Below are positions 14,101 to 28,255 of a stretch of DNA of 64,000 nt, one piece after another (within the stretch, counting starts at the first letter, position 1; every line of letters begins with the position of its first letter). Origin of the DNA: Ylistrum balloti (Eukaryota); NCBI RefSeq assembly GCF_031769215.1, contig NW_026782462.1:992001-1056000 (forward strand). The letters run 5' to 3'. Below the pieces are notes generated by a model that was not told the origin of the DNA, did not search any database, and saw only the letters and a list, made by a program, of their open reading frames with translations. The translations under genes and the position numbers were made by a program.

Positions 14101-17100
14101 GAAAGCGGCATTTTATTCCATTAATAATGTACGGTTAATGATGTACGGTTAATGATGTGATTTTGATTTCATTCCGTTAATAATGTACGGTTAATGATGT
14201 GATTTTGACTTATGTAAACTACACAAATTCGTAAGTCGTCAACTGAACACACTACGTACGAGTACTTTATAAACAGATATGTCACAGACAGTTAACGTAC
14301 TGAACTGATTAATAGTGCAGCTGGTGTTAGATTTAATGAGAGTGCACCAGTAACGAAAATGTGAATACGGAAGGAACAATTAATTGTTTGTACAAAACGA
14401 CACGGTTTACTCTAGGTGTTCCAAAGATAGACTACCCTTCATACATCGACATTAGGCTGATAGCAGACGTTAACTCGTTAACTTTTTAATCACCTGTTTA
14501 TAAAGTTATTTAGTGCGCAAGCAGGTTTTTAAATACTTTTAAACTTTTAAATTAGCATGGGACTGTAAAATAAACCTTCCATTCGTTGCCAAACGTGTTT
14601 TTGTTTTTCTTCTTCGGTCTTAGCTTAAACTTGATTATATGTTTCCTTAAATAGATTGCTTTTGTTGTAAATAATAACTCTAAAATAACAGCAAAACGTT
14701 TACTTATGTGTCTCATCAAAGAAAAGCGTTGAAGTAAGCATTCATAAATTAAAAAAAAAAATCTAAACGAGACACTTTGGGTTCTATGTGTATGAAGTAA
14801 ACTTAAGTAACAAAGGGTAATTTAAATGAACAGTTCACCAACAATAGCCATTAGATGTATCCTTCTGTGTCGATGGCATACCGAGGTATACAACTCACGT
14901 TACCTGATGCCATTTCGCAATTCATACCTAGACATTAATCTTATGATTGAAGCAATTTTTTGTTGTTTTATGAAATTGTAAAGGACACACTCGTTTTACA
15001 TCATGGTATAAACATATACAGAAAACCTTGCGGAATAAGCTTGTTGTACTGACGGCAACCGAATTCAAACTGCACAGGATCTTTCGTCTATGGTAAATGC
15101 GTTATCGTCCGAGTAACCTCTTCATTTTGTTTGTTTGTGAATTATGGGATATAACAAACATGATTTGAACAGTGGAACAGTGGACAAAGAAACATTTTGA
15201 CATAGAAAAAGAAGAATAATTAAAACTCGGAAGGATGCACTTTTCTCCTAACATGACAAAGCATCCATGTCGACAGCGCCATTGTGGTGAGGAAATCGAT
15301 ATCTTTCAAAATGTCTCTGCAATCCTATTCTTTTATCGTGGCCTAATCAGGTTTTCTGTTTCGGTTCTCTTTTGGGAATCTGACACAAGCTCAGCTTAAC
15401 TGTGTGAACAATACAAAAATCGTCAGAACAGAAAATTGAATTATAGACTTTCCTGGCGCACAAGTCTGCAAAAAATATAGGAAATTTCGAGCTAGCAAAT
15501 GGAACTCCTTCACAGATTTGTGTACATGTCGGTATGTAGAGTACATGAATACGAAATAATAAAGAACATGTTCAATTAAGCTTTACTAGTGGAATATCGT
15601 TTAATAGGCGGAACTTGTTAAATGTGAGAAGGTACTTTTTTTACCTCCATGCACCGTTTGGAGACAAGCCCTAGGTATATGGATTTGTACGTTATACATT
15701 CGTAGGAATTATGATAATTTTATTGTCAGTGTTTTATTTACAATATCATTTTACATTAATTACATAGTCCCATATTAAGGTCAACTGTTACCTGGTATTT
15801 GCTTAATTCTGAAGGGGTTAATGTCCTTACAGCAACAAGGGCCCGGATGTGTTTTGATTGTTCCTGTCAAATAACTGATGTGTTCCTTTATCACAGAGCA
15901 TCACCGTGACGGTTTTGATCGCCCACTCAATCTCTAGTACATGAACTTTCCGTTTCATTTTTCACTTCGTAATATTGACCGGCCGATCCTATCTCCACAT
16001 TTCAAATTAGGCAATTTTGTAATATAATTGTATGTATATGATAAACACCATTGTATTTAGGTGCATATTCACACCACTAACCAAGTGTTGATACAGTAAA
16101 TGGCCAGATCCTTTTACAGTTAAGGATTCTCAACAATTTATCTGTTCTATTATGTATGTATGCATTGTAACAGAATTGATATTTTATGATATTGTGTTTT
16201 TCCTTTTATTTCTATTCACCTGGTATAATTCATCATGACCTTTCCTGAGTTGGTTTGCTGTGAAGACTACAATAATATAACCCGTGATGATGCACTCGTT
16301 AAAATATTTAATACTGATCTTTATTTGATTATAAACTTGGTGCAGCTTTATGTACGCTGTGCTATTTTTAGACAAACATTCAGATATCGTCACCTCTAGA
16401 CTTTCAACAGCTTGTAGATCATTGGTGGGTCATGAGGACTCTGCGGGATTGCAGAAGTGATGTTATATACAATGTACGTGATTCCCACGACATCAGAGAA
16501 TGTTCAATAAGGATGGGGACATCAAAAGAACAGAGGCTTTTGTATTGATAACCTTGTAGCGGTATAACTACGGAATCTCTATCCTATTGAATCGTGTAGC
16601 TACATTGTATATCTACTTACAATAATCTACTGGTTTATCAAATATATCAATAATTTGTTGATACTAATGTCATTTTGACATACAAGAAACATGTTATTTC
16701 GTAAGGATACGTAATACATCCTATTTATACCTTCAAAAGTACTGCGATAGATCTTGGTCATGACGTAGCCTCCGAATGACGGTTCTGAATGTTTTGTCTT
16801 TTGTATCTAGATTAAATAACGATAAAACTGACTTAATGAAATAGCCAAGATAACACAAGTTATTATTGCAGATGGACATAGATACATATATGGCGCTATG
16901 TCTTTTGGAGGGAATGAAACACTAGTATTTGAATTTAAATGGAAAAATCTGAGACAAAAAATATAACGTCAATTTTTTTTTTCTGTACAGTGCAAGGTAG
17001 AATGTAAGAACAACGCTTGATCGCCTCAGACAACTATATGGGAGCGTCAGAAGAAATTAGAGGAAAACGAAGGGCTCATAACCCAAGGTTTCTTTAGAAA

Positions 17101-17794
17101 TGATAAACAATTATGATCTGCTGTAGCTGTAAGACCTGAGATACATCTGTCAACCAAACAAGTAAAATTATTGACAGAGAGAAAAGTCCTTCATCATCAC
17201 AACAGAATATACCATCAACAGTAGACAAGTGACAAACATTTAGCAACGGCATCAACATCAACATTTCCATAAAACCCTATGAGACACAGACGATGTACCA
17301 ATATTACATAAACTTGTTTAATCAGAGATACCCACATATCGTAAACAGTAAGAGTGTTATCTTTGATGTAATAAACTATGGCATATCATCAATGCGAGGT
17401 GTAGACATAAGGAGTAAGAAATTGAGCATCACAGCGAAGATAAGTAAACAGAGACAAATCAAGGCTGACACCAGACAGTAAATCACCACAGGAGATCATT
17501 CGAACGGGACACTCACTTTAACTGTTTTTAATTGTGATTGTATATATGATATGTTTATGAGAATTCATAGACATCAATCGTTATACTTTGTACAGTCACT
17601 TTCTAGAAATTAAAGCCCCAATATACGTAACATTCACCAAAAATTTAGTGTAGAATCACACCTAATTATTGAGATATTCTCTAGGATGTAGTTAAAATTA
17701 AGTTATTCAAACAACAGTCACCATGACTTTGTGCAAAAAAGTATTGATATATGAGCAGTTGAAATTCGCTATTTGTAAACACACCTCCATTTTA

Positions 17795-18740
17795 AACACG
17801 CCGCCATCGAAATTACGATTGTTGCCGAACCACGTCGGAACGTTCATGACCTGATCTCGCGATAGTTGAGGTTTCTACTTAAAGAGGAAGCACATGCAGA
17901 TATGTCTACGGTAAGTTTTTGTTTACAAACGTTGTTTGCGAAGTCTTGTCGTAGACTTGAGGTATTCCTGAGATAAACATTAAGTTTTTGAGAAATTATT
18001 AGAAGGAGTAATTAGTTTAGAAACGATACGACGCACAATTATAACGTAAGAATTCAGAACTGGCCTGATGTATGATTGGAAAAAAAGGAAGCGACTGGTG
18101 AACGTCTGTGCTGTGTCTGCCATGTTTACACACGCGGAATATGCGCATGCGCAATGCCATCGCTACGAGCGGTAATGTATGAATTATTGCGGGTCCTACA
18201 TTGTTTATTTTCCGATTTTTTAAATTTTTACTTAAATTGAAAACAGTCAGTCTTATTTTCTTTAATTAAAGGAAAGTATTTGTTTTGTTACATAAATTAC
18301 GGGGAAAATAAGATAAAGTTTGTTTTTTATAGTGATTTTTACGTATATTGGCACTTTAAGGAATTTGCTGCTGCCGTTTTAGTTTTTTTTCTGTTGAGGA
18401 TTCATTTTTCCTAACTTTATACATTGTAGCAGAACATATACATTATAATGTAAATATATATGTATCTAAATATGATCACTGTGATATTATCTGTGTGATT
18501 AATGAATGGGGAGGGGGGTGTAAATCGTGTTACTGTTATATGAAATGAAAATGTAAAGAATGCAATTATATTTTGTTCGTTTTGATACACACTTCATGTT
18601 GAAATTGTTGATGCGCTAAAGCTGACCCGAATCGACATGTATATCCCTGTGTTTGCAGACTTGCGGGGTTAAACTTACCGTCAAGCTCAGGAGTCCGGCT
18701 GAGGTTAGACTATAATCGAAACCGGAGACCGGAAGTCAGA
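17795..18740. promoter_or_regulatory. CpG-enriched promoter/first-exon-like region
   Basis: YY1-like GCCGCCATC (17800), ATGTCTACG|GTAAGT donor (17902-17916), perfect NRF1 palindrome TGCGCATGCGCA (18142-18153), ETS CCGGAAGT (18729), minus-strand donor CG|GTAAGT at 18679. Confidence 0.4.
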
Positions 18741-19842
18741 CGGAGATTGAGAGAGTAGGACAAACTTATTAGATAGTGCGGGTTTCAATAATATATATAC
18801 ATGTATGATAAAAAATATGGACAAATCGTATACGTCCTATAAATAACACTGAAATAGTGTTTTAAAAACTTAACGAGAAAATAAAAACTTTAGGATAACG
18901 AGAAAATACAACCTAGAAAACTCATTTTCTTTTTTTAATTGTTCTTTATTGTTGCAAACAATCCTAGTTACAACGCAGAATCTGTCAATTATTGTACAAT
19001 ATCAAGATTTAACTTTGTATACTATTTCTGGTACTTGTAGTTACTATATAGCCGTATCTCGATAGCATCACAAAACGGACGTTAAAATCGATTTTACTTT
19101 TCAGATTATGACCGTTTCCAGAGCAACAAAAAATAAGTAAACATCGACGCGTCTAGTCAACGTCTGGATATCACATCCTTGTAGCACTTTTGTGTTTTAA
19201 ACAGTTGACCACTCACCGGGAATTCGATTTCCGGTTTGCGAACTTCTGGTTATCTGAAGCATTAACCACTGATTATCATCGTAATTAGTCTTGTTCAAAC
19301 GACAGCATATCATGAGAAAATATTGTGAAGCAATATTGTTACGGCGTAAGAATAGTTCCCGCCTGTGCCCATTACACGAGACAACTAAGAAGGATCGTTC
19401 CACTTATCTTTAAAACTGCACCAACTTATGCCTTAAGCTGAACATTCGCCTCAATGAAAGACTTCCGGTTCTGTCCCTTGGCTTCAGAGTCTTTAAAACA
19501 ACATATCATTCAGCAGTATGGTGATGACAATAATGGGTACATTCAAACGTGATCACATTATCAACTCAACATCATTCCATGCATTAAAAGAAAATATAAT
19601 CAAATGAAATTGCATTCCATCAGAGTAGACAATTTTGTGAGAGGTATATCGCTCGTCAGAGAGGGAATAATTACATACTCAGAAACTAGTGTGTGCATAA
19701 CCTAGAGCATCTAATCGGATACCAAAGCTTTGTTAATAAATGATAGAGTAAAAAATCTAACTATTTTACAACAATTGCAAAACAAGTTTTCAAACTTATG
19801 TTAATAACATTCGTTAGTCCTGATGGAAGCAAGCAGGGATTT

Positions 19843-19872
19843 TATCGTTGGAGGAAACCGGGGTGCCTCTGG
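19843..19872 (-). mobile_element. Meta-domain SINE core fragment
   Basis: TGGAGGAAACCGGGGTGCC is the reverse complement of a CCGGTTTCCTCC core. Confidence 0.45.
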
Positions 19873-20259
19873 CAAATCTCGTCTGTCTTGTCTTGTATTT
19901 ATAAAAACAACAACAACAAAATTCCAACATGTCAACTTAATTATAAACCAAACTCAACTTCAATGAATTTAGGGTCAAATGTGAGCAAAAGAAATATTTA
20001 CACGGAGACTCCTGTAAAAGTCCAATGAGATTAACACCAGGTGGTACAGCCTTCCAATGCTGACATGAAACTGTGTGACGTAGGAGACGTTTAGACTGAA
20101 ACTCGTTACAGAGATGATGAGTATTTCGTAAAATAATGATGTTTTGATAATAGCCAACACTTGATCATATCAATATAGCACCTGTTGTCCATGATAAGGT
20201 ATGCGACATCTGTCTGTAATCAGAATGTTATCAGTCTTTAAGTAGAATAATTCTCTGTT

Positions 20260-23200
20260 TTACCAGGATCTTCCAATGACTCACTGAATCGTTAAATCCT
20301 TAGCGCCTTGTAATCCCTTATAGACAACTCGATCCCGTTGTTGCCCAGAGAGTGTACTCTGTTTGATGATATAGGGTGGTTCGTGATGACATATTGACCA
20401 CTAGACATTGAGCAGACAGTGTCCAGTTGTCATGTACAATGTCACGGACAATCTGACACGACTCTGTTTGAACTGACAATGTTCACGTACTTGAGTTGAA
20501 GTGGTTCCAGAGTAACCACTCGACATTCCAACAACCTGTGTATCATCGTCAAATGCCACCCTTTCTGGGTTCATATCCAGACAAAGTCATCAGTCGGTTG
20601 TTCAAGAATAATCCTCGTCAGCGTTCCAGCGTTGACCTACTGTATTAGTGGAGTGGACTGGACAAAATCTTGATTGAAAACAAAAGCACTTTGTAGCATA
20701 AATTATGAAAGATGTATGAATGGAGGCATAGCCAAAATTGTCTACTTTCGATTTGTTTTCTTTACTTTTTCGTTTTTGTTTTTGTTATTACTGCTGCTGC
20801 TGTTGTTTTGCAAACAGTTGCATAAACTTTTTTACAATTATGCTATGCACAAATATTTTAGTAATCTTTGAAACATGAAGTAATTCCAATTCAATGTGTT
20901 GTCATTCCGTTTTGCCGATTTATAATGCATTATATTGTATTTAAATGACAATGTCTATTAAATACATGGAAGTTAGAGGCCGTTGTTTTTTTCTTTATGG
21001 TACACATTTCTAGCAAAATGTAGTACAGCTGTATCGCCAGGTTATGTACAGAGACGTACATTGTGCCTCAACCTAGAGTTGTTTAAACTTTATATTGACA
21101 GTAATCTCTTTATTCTGCTGAGATATGGTTAACGACAGCAGATGTTGTGATGGATGATTAAATATTCAATATTCAGTCCCTTATACCAAGCTCGTTACTA
21201 TCATCACTTAAGCAGCTTGTAATCCTGTGCGTTTACCAATGTAATATTTTTGGAGTGTGTTGTAATGTTTCATTGTCTGCGCCACTCCGGAGCGTGAAGC
21301 CTAAACGTCATCTATTGGAAATGGTGTAACAGTGTGATAGCCTCTGTTTGGTTTTGTCCTTCGCCATGTTACTTTGAAACTATCAAAATGGAACTTTTCT
21401 TAGTTATATGACTAAAGATATTTGATCATTTTTTTTTATTTCATATGTAATTTCATGAAACGAAGTTTTTTTCTATTATAATTATTTTTGCGAGCCTTGA
21501 CTAATATCGAATTACTACTCATTATAGATATGTAATTGTGTAGAGGACCATAGATTTATCATGATGTAACACTTTTTGTGAATTATATTTATGATAGTGT
21601 CCCGATCAACTTATACGTCGCGTGTCCACCCGTTTAATAAATACACGATCAACTTTTGGCAACCTGGCGCCAATTTAAAACACATCGTTTGCCACTATCA
21701 ATATGAACGGTATTGTGAGTGACCAGCCCTCCTTATCGTTGACCGCTATGTCTGTTTTATATATCTTATCATTCATGTCCCAATATTTGATGTGACGGCT
21801 GTCCACTCGAGGCTAGCCCAAGCCTCCTCAAACAAACACATCTAATATGCTGGTTAGGGTTTAATATCAATCCCAATCGACGAGGACATCAAACTGAAAC
21901 GCCTCGGTGACAAACTCTTATCTAAAGACAAATATCGGCTGTAATTTAGCTCTGGAGTGTTAATAGATCGCAGACATCAAATCAGACTCATGGCTAGTAG
22001 TTTTGTGCGTTCATCCTTTTAAAAGTGTGTAATAAAAATTAAAAGATAGGAACGTCGTCTGTACAAAATTATTCTTCCGGAACACTTCGTCTTATCTGCC
22101 TGCACGAAGTCAGGAGGCTTTTGTTCCTATCTTGGCCTATTTGACTGTATTTGAGTAAGGATTATGATTACGTTCATATTTTGGTATTTCCGTATTGTTG
22201 TTGACAAGTGATTGACAGTAAAGAGAACGTGCCTGATGTCAAACGAATGGTAGCAACCAGACCGAAAATGCACTTATATTGAATTAACTAGGAACACGTC
22301 AAATTAAGCCATAGAAAGATAAATTACAAGTGTACAATTATACGTTATTACTGTACACTAACGAACGACCGGATAGTTTAAAATATTAAACTTAGAAAAC
22401 AACAGAAAATTACTGTTAAAACGATGGGACAGAAAATGTCTGTAAAAAGATTTAGTACAATCCAAACTTGGATATCCCAAATGCACAGTTGATGTATCCT
22501 AATTCCCTAATGTGGTCATGTTGAATTCATTTGAACATTAAACATCTGTCAGACTGTATCTCTTGTAAATATGAATGTAATCTGAGTATCAGATAAACAA
22601 TCCTGACGTCTGTAACCGAAAGTTATCAAGTTAAATTAACATTTCTGATATTATCTGGTATTTACATTTCTGGTATTACGTGATATTGCCGTTTCTGATA
22701 TTATCTGATATCTACATTTGTGATATTATCTGATATCTACATTTGTGATATTATCTGATATCTACATTTGTGATATTATCTGATATCTACATTTGTGATA
22801 TTATCTGATAGTTACATTTGTGATATTATCTGATATCTACATTTGTGATATTATCTGATATCTACATTTGTGATATTATCTGATATCTACATTTGTGATA
22901 TTATCTGATATCTACATTTGTGATATTATCTAATATCTACATTTGTGATATTATCTGAGATCTACATTTGTGATATTATCTGATATCTACATTTGTGATA
23001 TTATCTGATATCTACATTTCTGATATTATCTGATATCTACATTTGTGATATTATCTGATAGTTACATTTGTGATATTATCTGATATTTACATTACTGATA
23101 TTATCTGATATCTACATTTGTGATATTATCTGATATCTACATTTGTGATATTATCTGATATCTACATTTCTGATATTATCTGATATCTACATTTGTGATG

Positions 23201-25220
23201 ATAGTTACATTTGTATCTGATAGTTACATTTGTGATATTATCTGATATCTACATTTGTGATATTATCTGATAGTCTACATTTGTGATATTATCTGATATC
23301 TACATTTGTGATATTATCTGATATCTACATTTGTGATATTATCTGATATCTACATTTGTGATATTATCTGATATCTACATTTCTGATATTATCTGATATC
23401 TACATTTGTGATATTATCTGATAGTTACATTTGTGATATTATCTGATATCTGCATTTGTGATATTATCTGATAGTTACATTTCTGATATTATCTGATATC
23501 TACATTTGTGATATTATCTGATAGTTACATTTCTGATATTATCTGATATCTACATTTGTGATATTATCTGATATCTACATTTCTGATATTATCTGATATC
23601 TACATTTGTGATATTATCTGATATCTACATTTGTGATATTATCTGATAGTTACATTTGTGATATTATCTGATATCTACATTTGTGATATTATCTGATAGT
23701 TACATTTGTGATATTATCTGATATCTACATTTGTGATATTATCTGATATCTACATTTGTGATATTATCTGATATCTACATTTGTGATATTATCTGATATC
23801 TACATTTGTGATATTATCTGATAGTTACATTTGTGATATTATCTGATATCTGCATTTGTGATATTATCTGATAGTTACATTTGTGATATTATCTGATATC
23901 TACATTTGTGATATTATCTGATATCTACATTTCTGATATTATCTGATATCTACATTTGTGATATTATCTGATATCTACATTTGTGATATTATCTGATAGT
24001 TACATTTGTGATATTATCTGATATCTACATTTCTGATATTATCTGATATCTACATTTGTGATATTATCTGGTATCTACATTTCTGATATTATCTGATATC
24101 TACATTTGTGAAATTATCTGATAGTTACATTTCTGATATTATCTGATATCTACATTTGTGATATTATCTGATATGTACATTTGTGATATTATCTGATATC
24201 TACATTTGTGATATTATCTGATAGTTACATTTCTGATATTATCTGATAGTTACATTTCTGATATTATCTGATATCTACATTTCTGATATTATCTGATATC
24301 TACATTTGTGATATTATCTGATAGTTACATTTCTGATATTATCTGATATCTACATTTGTGATATTATCTGATATCTACATTTGTGATATTATCTGATATC
24401 TACATTTGTGATATTATCTGATATCTACATTTGTGATATTATCTGATAGTTACATTACTGATATTATCTGTTAATCACATTTCTGGTATTATCTGATATC
24501 ATTTAAAAGTCATAGTCAGTTATGGTTAATGAAAAACGTCATTTTGCTTGTTATATGAGGCGAGATGCAAAGCGTTGACGTAACGTCAGTCAGCATGGCG
24601 ACATGACGTCATGTTATTGTCTGGTTGTTCAGACTGATATTTTCTCTTGTAACTACAATCCAGATTAAAACCGAGTTAATGGAAGACCACCATGCAAAAT
24701 GTAGTTCTATACAATCACAGAAATCGTCATGATTGCAGAATAACGAACGATGTAAACAAGAGTGTCATTGCCAATTGTTGATAAGAGCGAGATATCGGCA
24801 TCAGTATTGCTTCCCTAAAATACCATACACAGTATATAGTACTTATATCCACGAAACAACCACTACATTCAATATCTAGAATAATCCATATTCATATTAC
24901 GGACGTGTGAGTACTCACTTGTGCTGAACAAAATTATCTTATTGTTCAATGTGATTTGCCCTGTTTCTCTCTTGAGGTACCTGATCAATGTCGTGATTAA
25001 TTGTTTTAAGCGAAATCTTTAAAACAGTCAATTGTGTCCGATCAGGATGCCATAGACGACAAAATGACCGCTTCCTGGTGACAGTTTCCAAGACAAGCAT
25101 TGGAGTGTGGTGAGACCTCGACATTGTCCTGAACTTGTGATGAGAGGAGCGTCTTCATATTTCTCAAAGAAAATATGCTGTACACAATAACCAATGAAGT
25201 GAATTTGTTTGATAGACATT
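20260..25220 (-). pseudogene. Decayed TRIM-like gene (B-box, coiled coil, NHL/beta-propeller repeats)
   Basis: Colinear minus-strand remnants with stops and frameshifts. About 25170-24990: APLITSSGQCR / HHTPMLVL / NCHQEAVI / IGHN / DCFKDFA (B-box-like). About 21960-21720: MCLFEEAWAS..DIAVNDKEG. About 20600-20260: FDDDTQ..GYSGTT..Q..QF and VCSMSSGQYVITN..RVHSLGNNG..LEDPG (bivalve TRIM NHL-like). Confidence 0.45.
22640..24500. repeat. 25-bp minisatellite (TGATATTATCTGATATCTACATTTG), about 70 copies
   Basis: Unit starts at 22721, 22746, 22771 and 22796. Confidence 0.98.
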
Positions 25221-27101
25221 TCAAATCAAAGAGGTAGGACTATTGAATTCCTGCTAGAGGGGATCTCTGTCTGCGGTGTAAGTGATGCTGATACGTGTAA
25301 CCCCTCTGTGGAAATAAATGCCGAGACGAGACGAACAGATGCAATCGCAGATGTGTAAAGCGTGACATCAAATCTTTGATTAAAATGTCCACTGATCTTT
25401 GATGGCGCCGTGGTTTTTTTCATTATTTTAATAGAAACGTACATGTAATTCGGTATACCGTCAGGGATTGCGTCATAACAGCACGCGCTCCGTCTGGTTC
25501 CCTGTGAATGCCAAGATACACGTAGAAGTGATAATAGACTATGGATTCAGATATATTACACCTTCTTATTTTGAACACGAAGCATCGAGACAATTTACTG
25601 AGAGATTTGGTAGGTACATTGTACATGTTTGAACTACATTGTTCTGTAGTATCCCTAGGTTTATGTAGCGGTAATTTGAATACAGGAAGGAGACCGGATA
25701 GTATGGTAGGGGTTTAGTGCCACAACAAAGCAGGGTGCCGTATATACATACTTTTCTGTACATACGAACTACGTACATTTATGTACGTGCTTCACGTGCA
25801 TAACTAAATTCACAGCGCTTTAAAACTTCCTTGTCAATTGTTTTACAAGATTGATTTTAAAAGACATGCTTGTTGTAGTTGCGGACCTCCGTTTTAATGT
25901 TCCAACGTGTTCACGACACACCCCTATATCTTATTGTTCACTACTATATTTAGCTCACGCGAATATTGGGTACATGTGTACATGTAGACATTTGATTGCA
26001 GTTTTATTCTTTCATTGCGACGACGATCTGTGCGTTTGGCCAGGTGTTGAAAACAATATTCAATACTGCCTGGCATTTGAAACAGATATAGATGTATTCT
26101 CAGAATACGACATTACAATGTAATTATTCTACAAGCAATAGCTGTGTATTCTTGGTGGTGGAAACCACATTGTGAATTCTAATCTTGCTTGAAACATCTG
26201 TTTTTATTGCATAAAAAGTCATTTTAAAAAAATAAATGTTCTGAAGGAGTAGAATCGCGTGCGTCATCATAATCCCATCCCTTTTAAGTATGTTACTTTA
26301 CGACTCAAAAGGACAAATGAAATAGGTATAGCGAAATAACAGAATGTAAAAAAAATAGTCAACAAACATTTCTTAATTGTACACGAAAATAGACATAAGA
26401 TGATGGCGAGGCGATAAAATACTCATTGTCAAGACTGTCCAATTTTATAACTTTTTTTTATCATTGTGTATTTCTCTTCTGTGTGAGGTTGTGTATTTGA
26501 TACAATAACGTTCATGAAAAACTGTTGTTGTTTGCTTTTTTTAAATGAGTCCAGTTCAAGATATCGACAGATGGTTAGGGTCACGTGATAGCGCATTAGA
26601 GAGCTTTATAAGGAACTGTCAGAACTTAGACAAGCTTCCATCCTGTTTCACTGGCTAAGCTGGTTTTCTTGTGCTTCCGCTTCAGTACTGAGCGTCAAAC
26701 AATAAATCTTATTGAATTCAGTAATTCAAAGCTTACGGACAGAGATGGTATTACATTATAATGATTTTGTCATTAAATTAGTAATTATTTCATAGCGACA
26801 ATAAAATGTGCATTTAGTACATCTGTACTTGGGATGTACTCGAGCTTAGTACAACAGATCAGTAGAAGCTGACAGCCGAAGCTTAAAGTGTACCCTGAGA
26901 GTAATTTTATATTTAGATATAATGTTAAGAATGCCGTAAAATAATAATAATGAAAACCCCGTCAAAATCCGTCGCCCCAGTGTCGAGTTATTAAAGCTCA
27001 AAGTTGTCGATTTTCACCTGTCCGCCCAGACCTAATCAGCCGAATCGTCATTTCCGCGGAATCGAGGCTCTTCTACTCGTGACGTCATAAGTTCAACAGA
27101 A

Positions 27102-27370
27102 ATGGCAGTCAACATGACTGACAGTGACAAGGACACCGCAACTGAGAGCGATTTGAGCATGAGTTTTGAGGAGTCTGATTATGGTGTGAATGATATGTCT
27201 GAAGACGGAATCCAGCCCTACCGATTTGAACTGGAATTACAAGACGATGTATCCAGTGAGGAGGAAAATGACCCTTCGAAAAGTGACGATCGCTTCACTG
27301 GGTCTCACCAGTAGTCGTGAAAGTAGTCGAACAGTGAATCGTCGTTTCAAAGAAACAAAATAAAATTGGG
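27102..27370 (+). pseudogene. KolX-like (P2X7 cytoplasmic-ballast/Nanor-like) accessory gene, N-terminal remnant
   Basis: ORF 27102-27314 MAVNMTDSD...GIQPYRFELELQDDVSSEEE: acidic N-terminus with the I/VQPYxFE motif typical of KolX/P2X7-ballast-like proteins. It ends in a premature stop; a frameshifted ..AAT TGG followed by GT lies near 27370. Located inside the Kolobok TIRs. Confidence 0.6.
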
Positions 27371-28171
27371 TGTGGTTTTGGACTAATTTTAAGTCTCGAT
27401 CAACAATTTCTGACGTCGGGAAATCGCGTTTGTGCAAGACTATGCATACATTCACGAGGTGTCGGAAATTTCTTACCGAAGAAGTTTCGTCCGAGGGGAA
27501 TTTTTCTTTCCAGGGAATTTTCGTAGCACTATGGATATATATAGATAGGGTGTCAACAACCAATTATAACACCCTCCGCTGTGTTAATAATAATAATTTG
27601 ATGTTTTAGAAGTTTAAACAATTATTTGACTGGTTTTTACCCTAGCACTGGTACGCGTCTGTTGTTAGCCGACAGGCCTGTCGCCTCACAGGGTCACAAT
27701 TGTTTTTTCCAGCCACAGAGGTGCTAATTACCTAACCTGGCACAGGTGTGATTATGAGTTTAGATGACATCTCTACACTGTGAACTGTGTTTTCAAATCA
27801 AGATAGGTGATCTTATTGTTATTTTTACGATCGCAAAATTAATAACTTAACAACATCGTCTGCTGGAAGATCTAAAAACCAAATACACCTTATACAAACA
27901 ACATACACACATAACCTATTCTATAAATTCTAATAATTCTATTCTATACTATATAATAGTAGTATGAAAATTCTCGTGGTGAAAATTCCCGTGACCCATT
28001 CACGACTAGGCCTTCTCCGAGTATTAGGCGTTCACGATTACGAAGGAATGATATTCCTATGACCGCCCAAGTCATAGGCTAGCCTATCAATTTAAAATGT
28101 TTAGTTGTAGAATTAATAACAAAATATCAACCTAACAAATATACTTTTATTTAAACAACAATCAGTTTTAT

Positions 28172-28255
28172 TTATCGACGTCATGCATCGACACCCCATC
28201 CGTGTTAGTGTTAGGACAACCATACACACCGCTTCCCTCCTCGATAGGAAACCAT
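28172..28255 (-). pseudogene. THAP zinc-finger N-terminus of Kolobok transposase (frameshifted remnant)
   Basis: Minus strand from ATG at 28255 reads MVSYRGGKRCV, then after a 1-nt frameshift GCPNTNTDGVSMH. This matches the THAP start pattern M..xCxxxGCxNxxxxGVSxHxFP. The rest of the transposase is absent. Confidence 0.72.
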
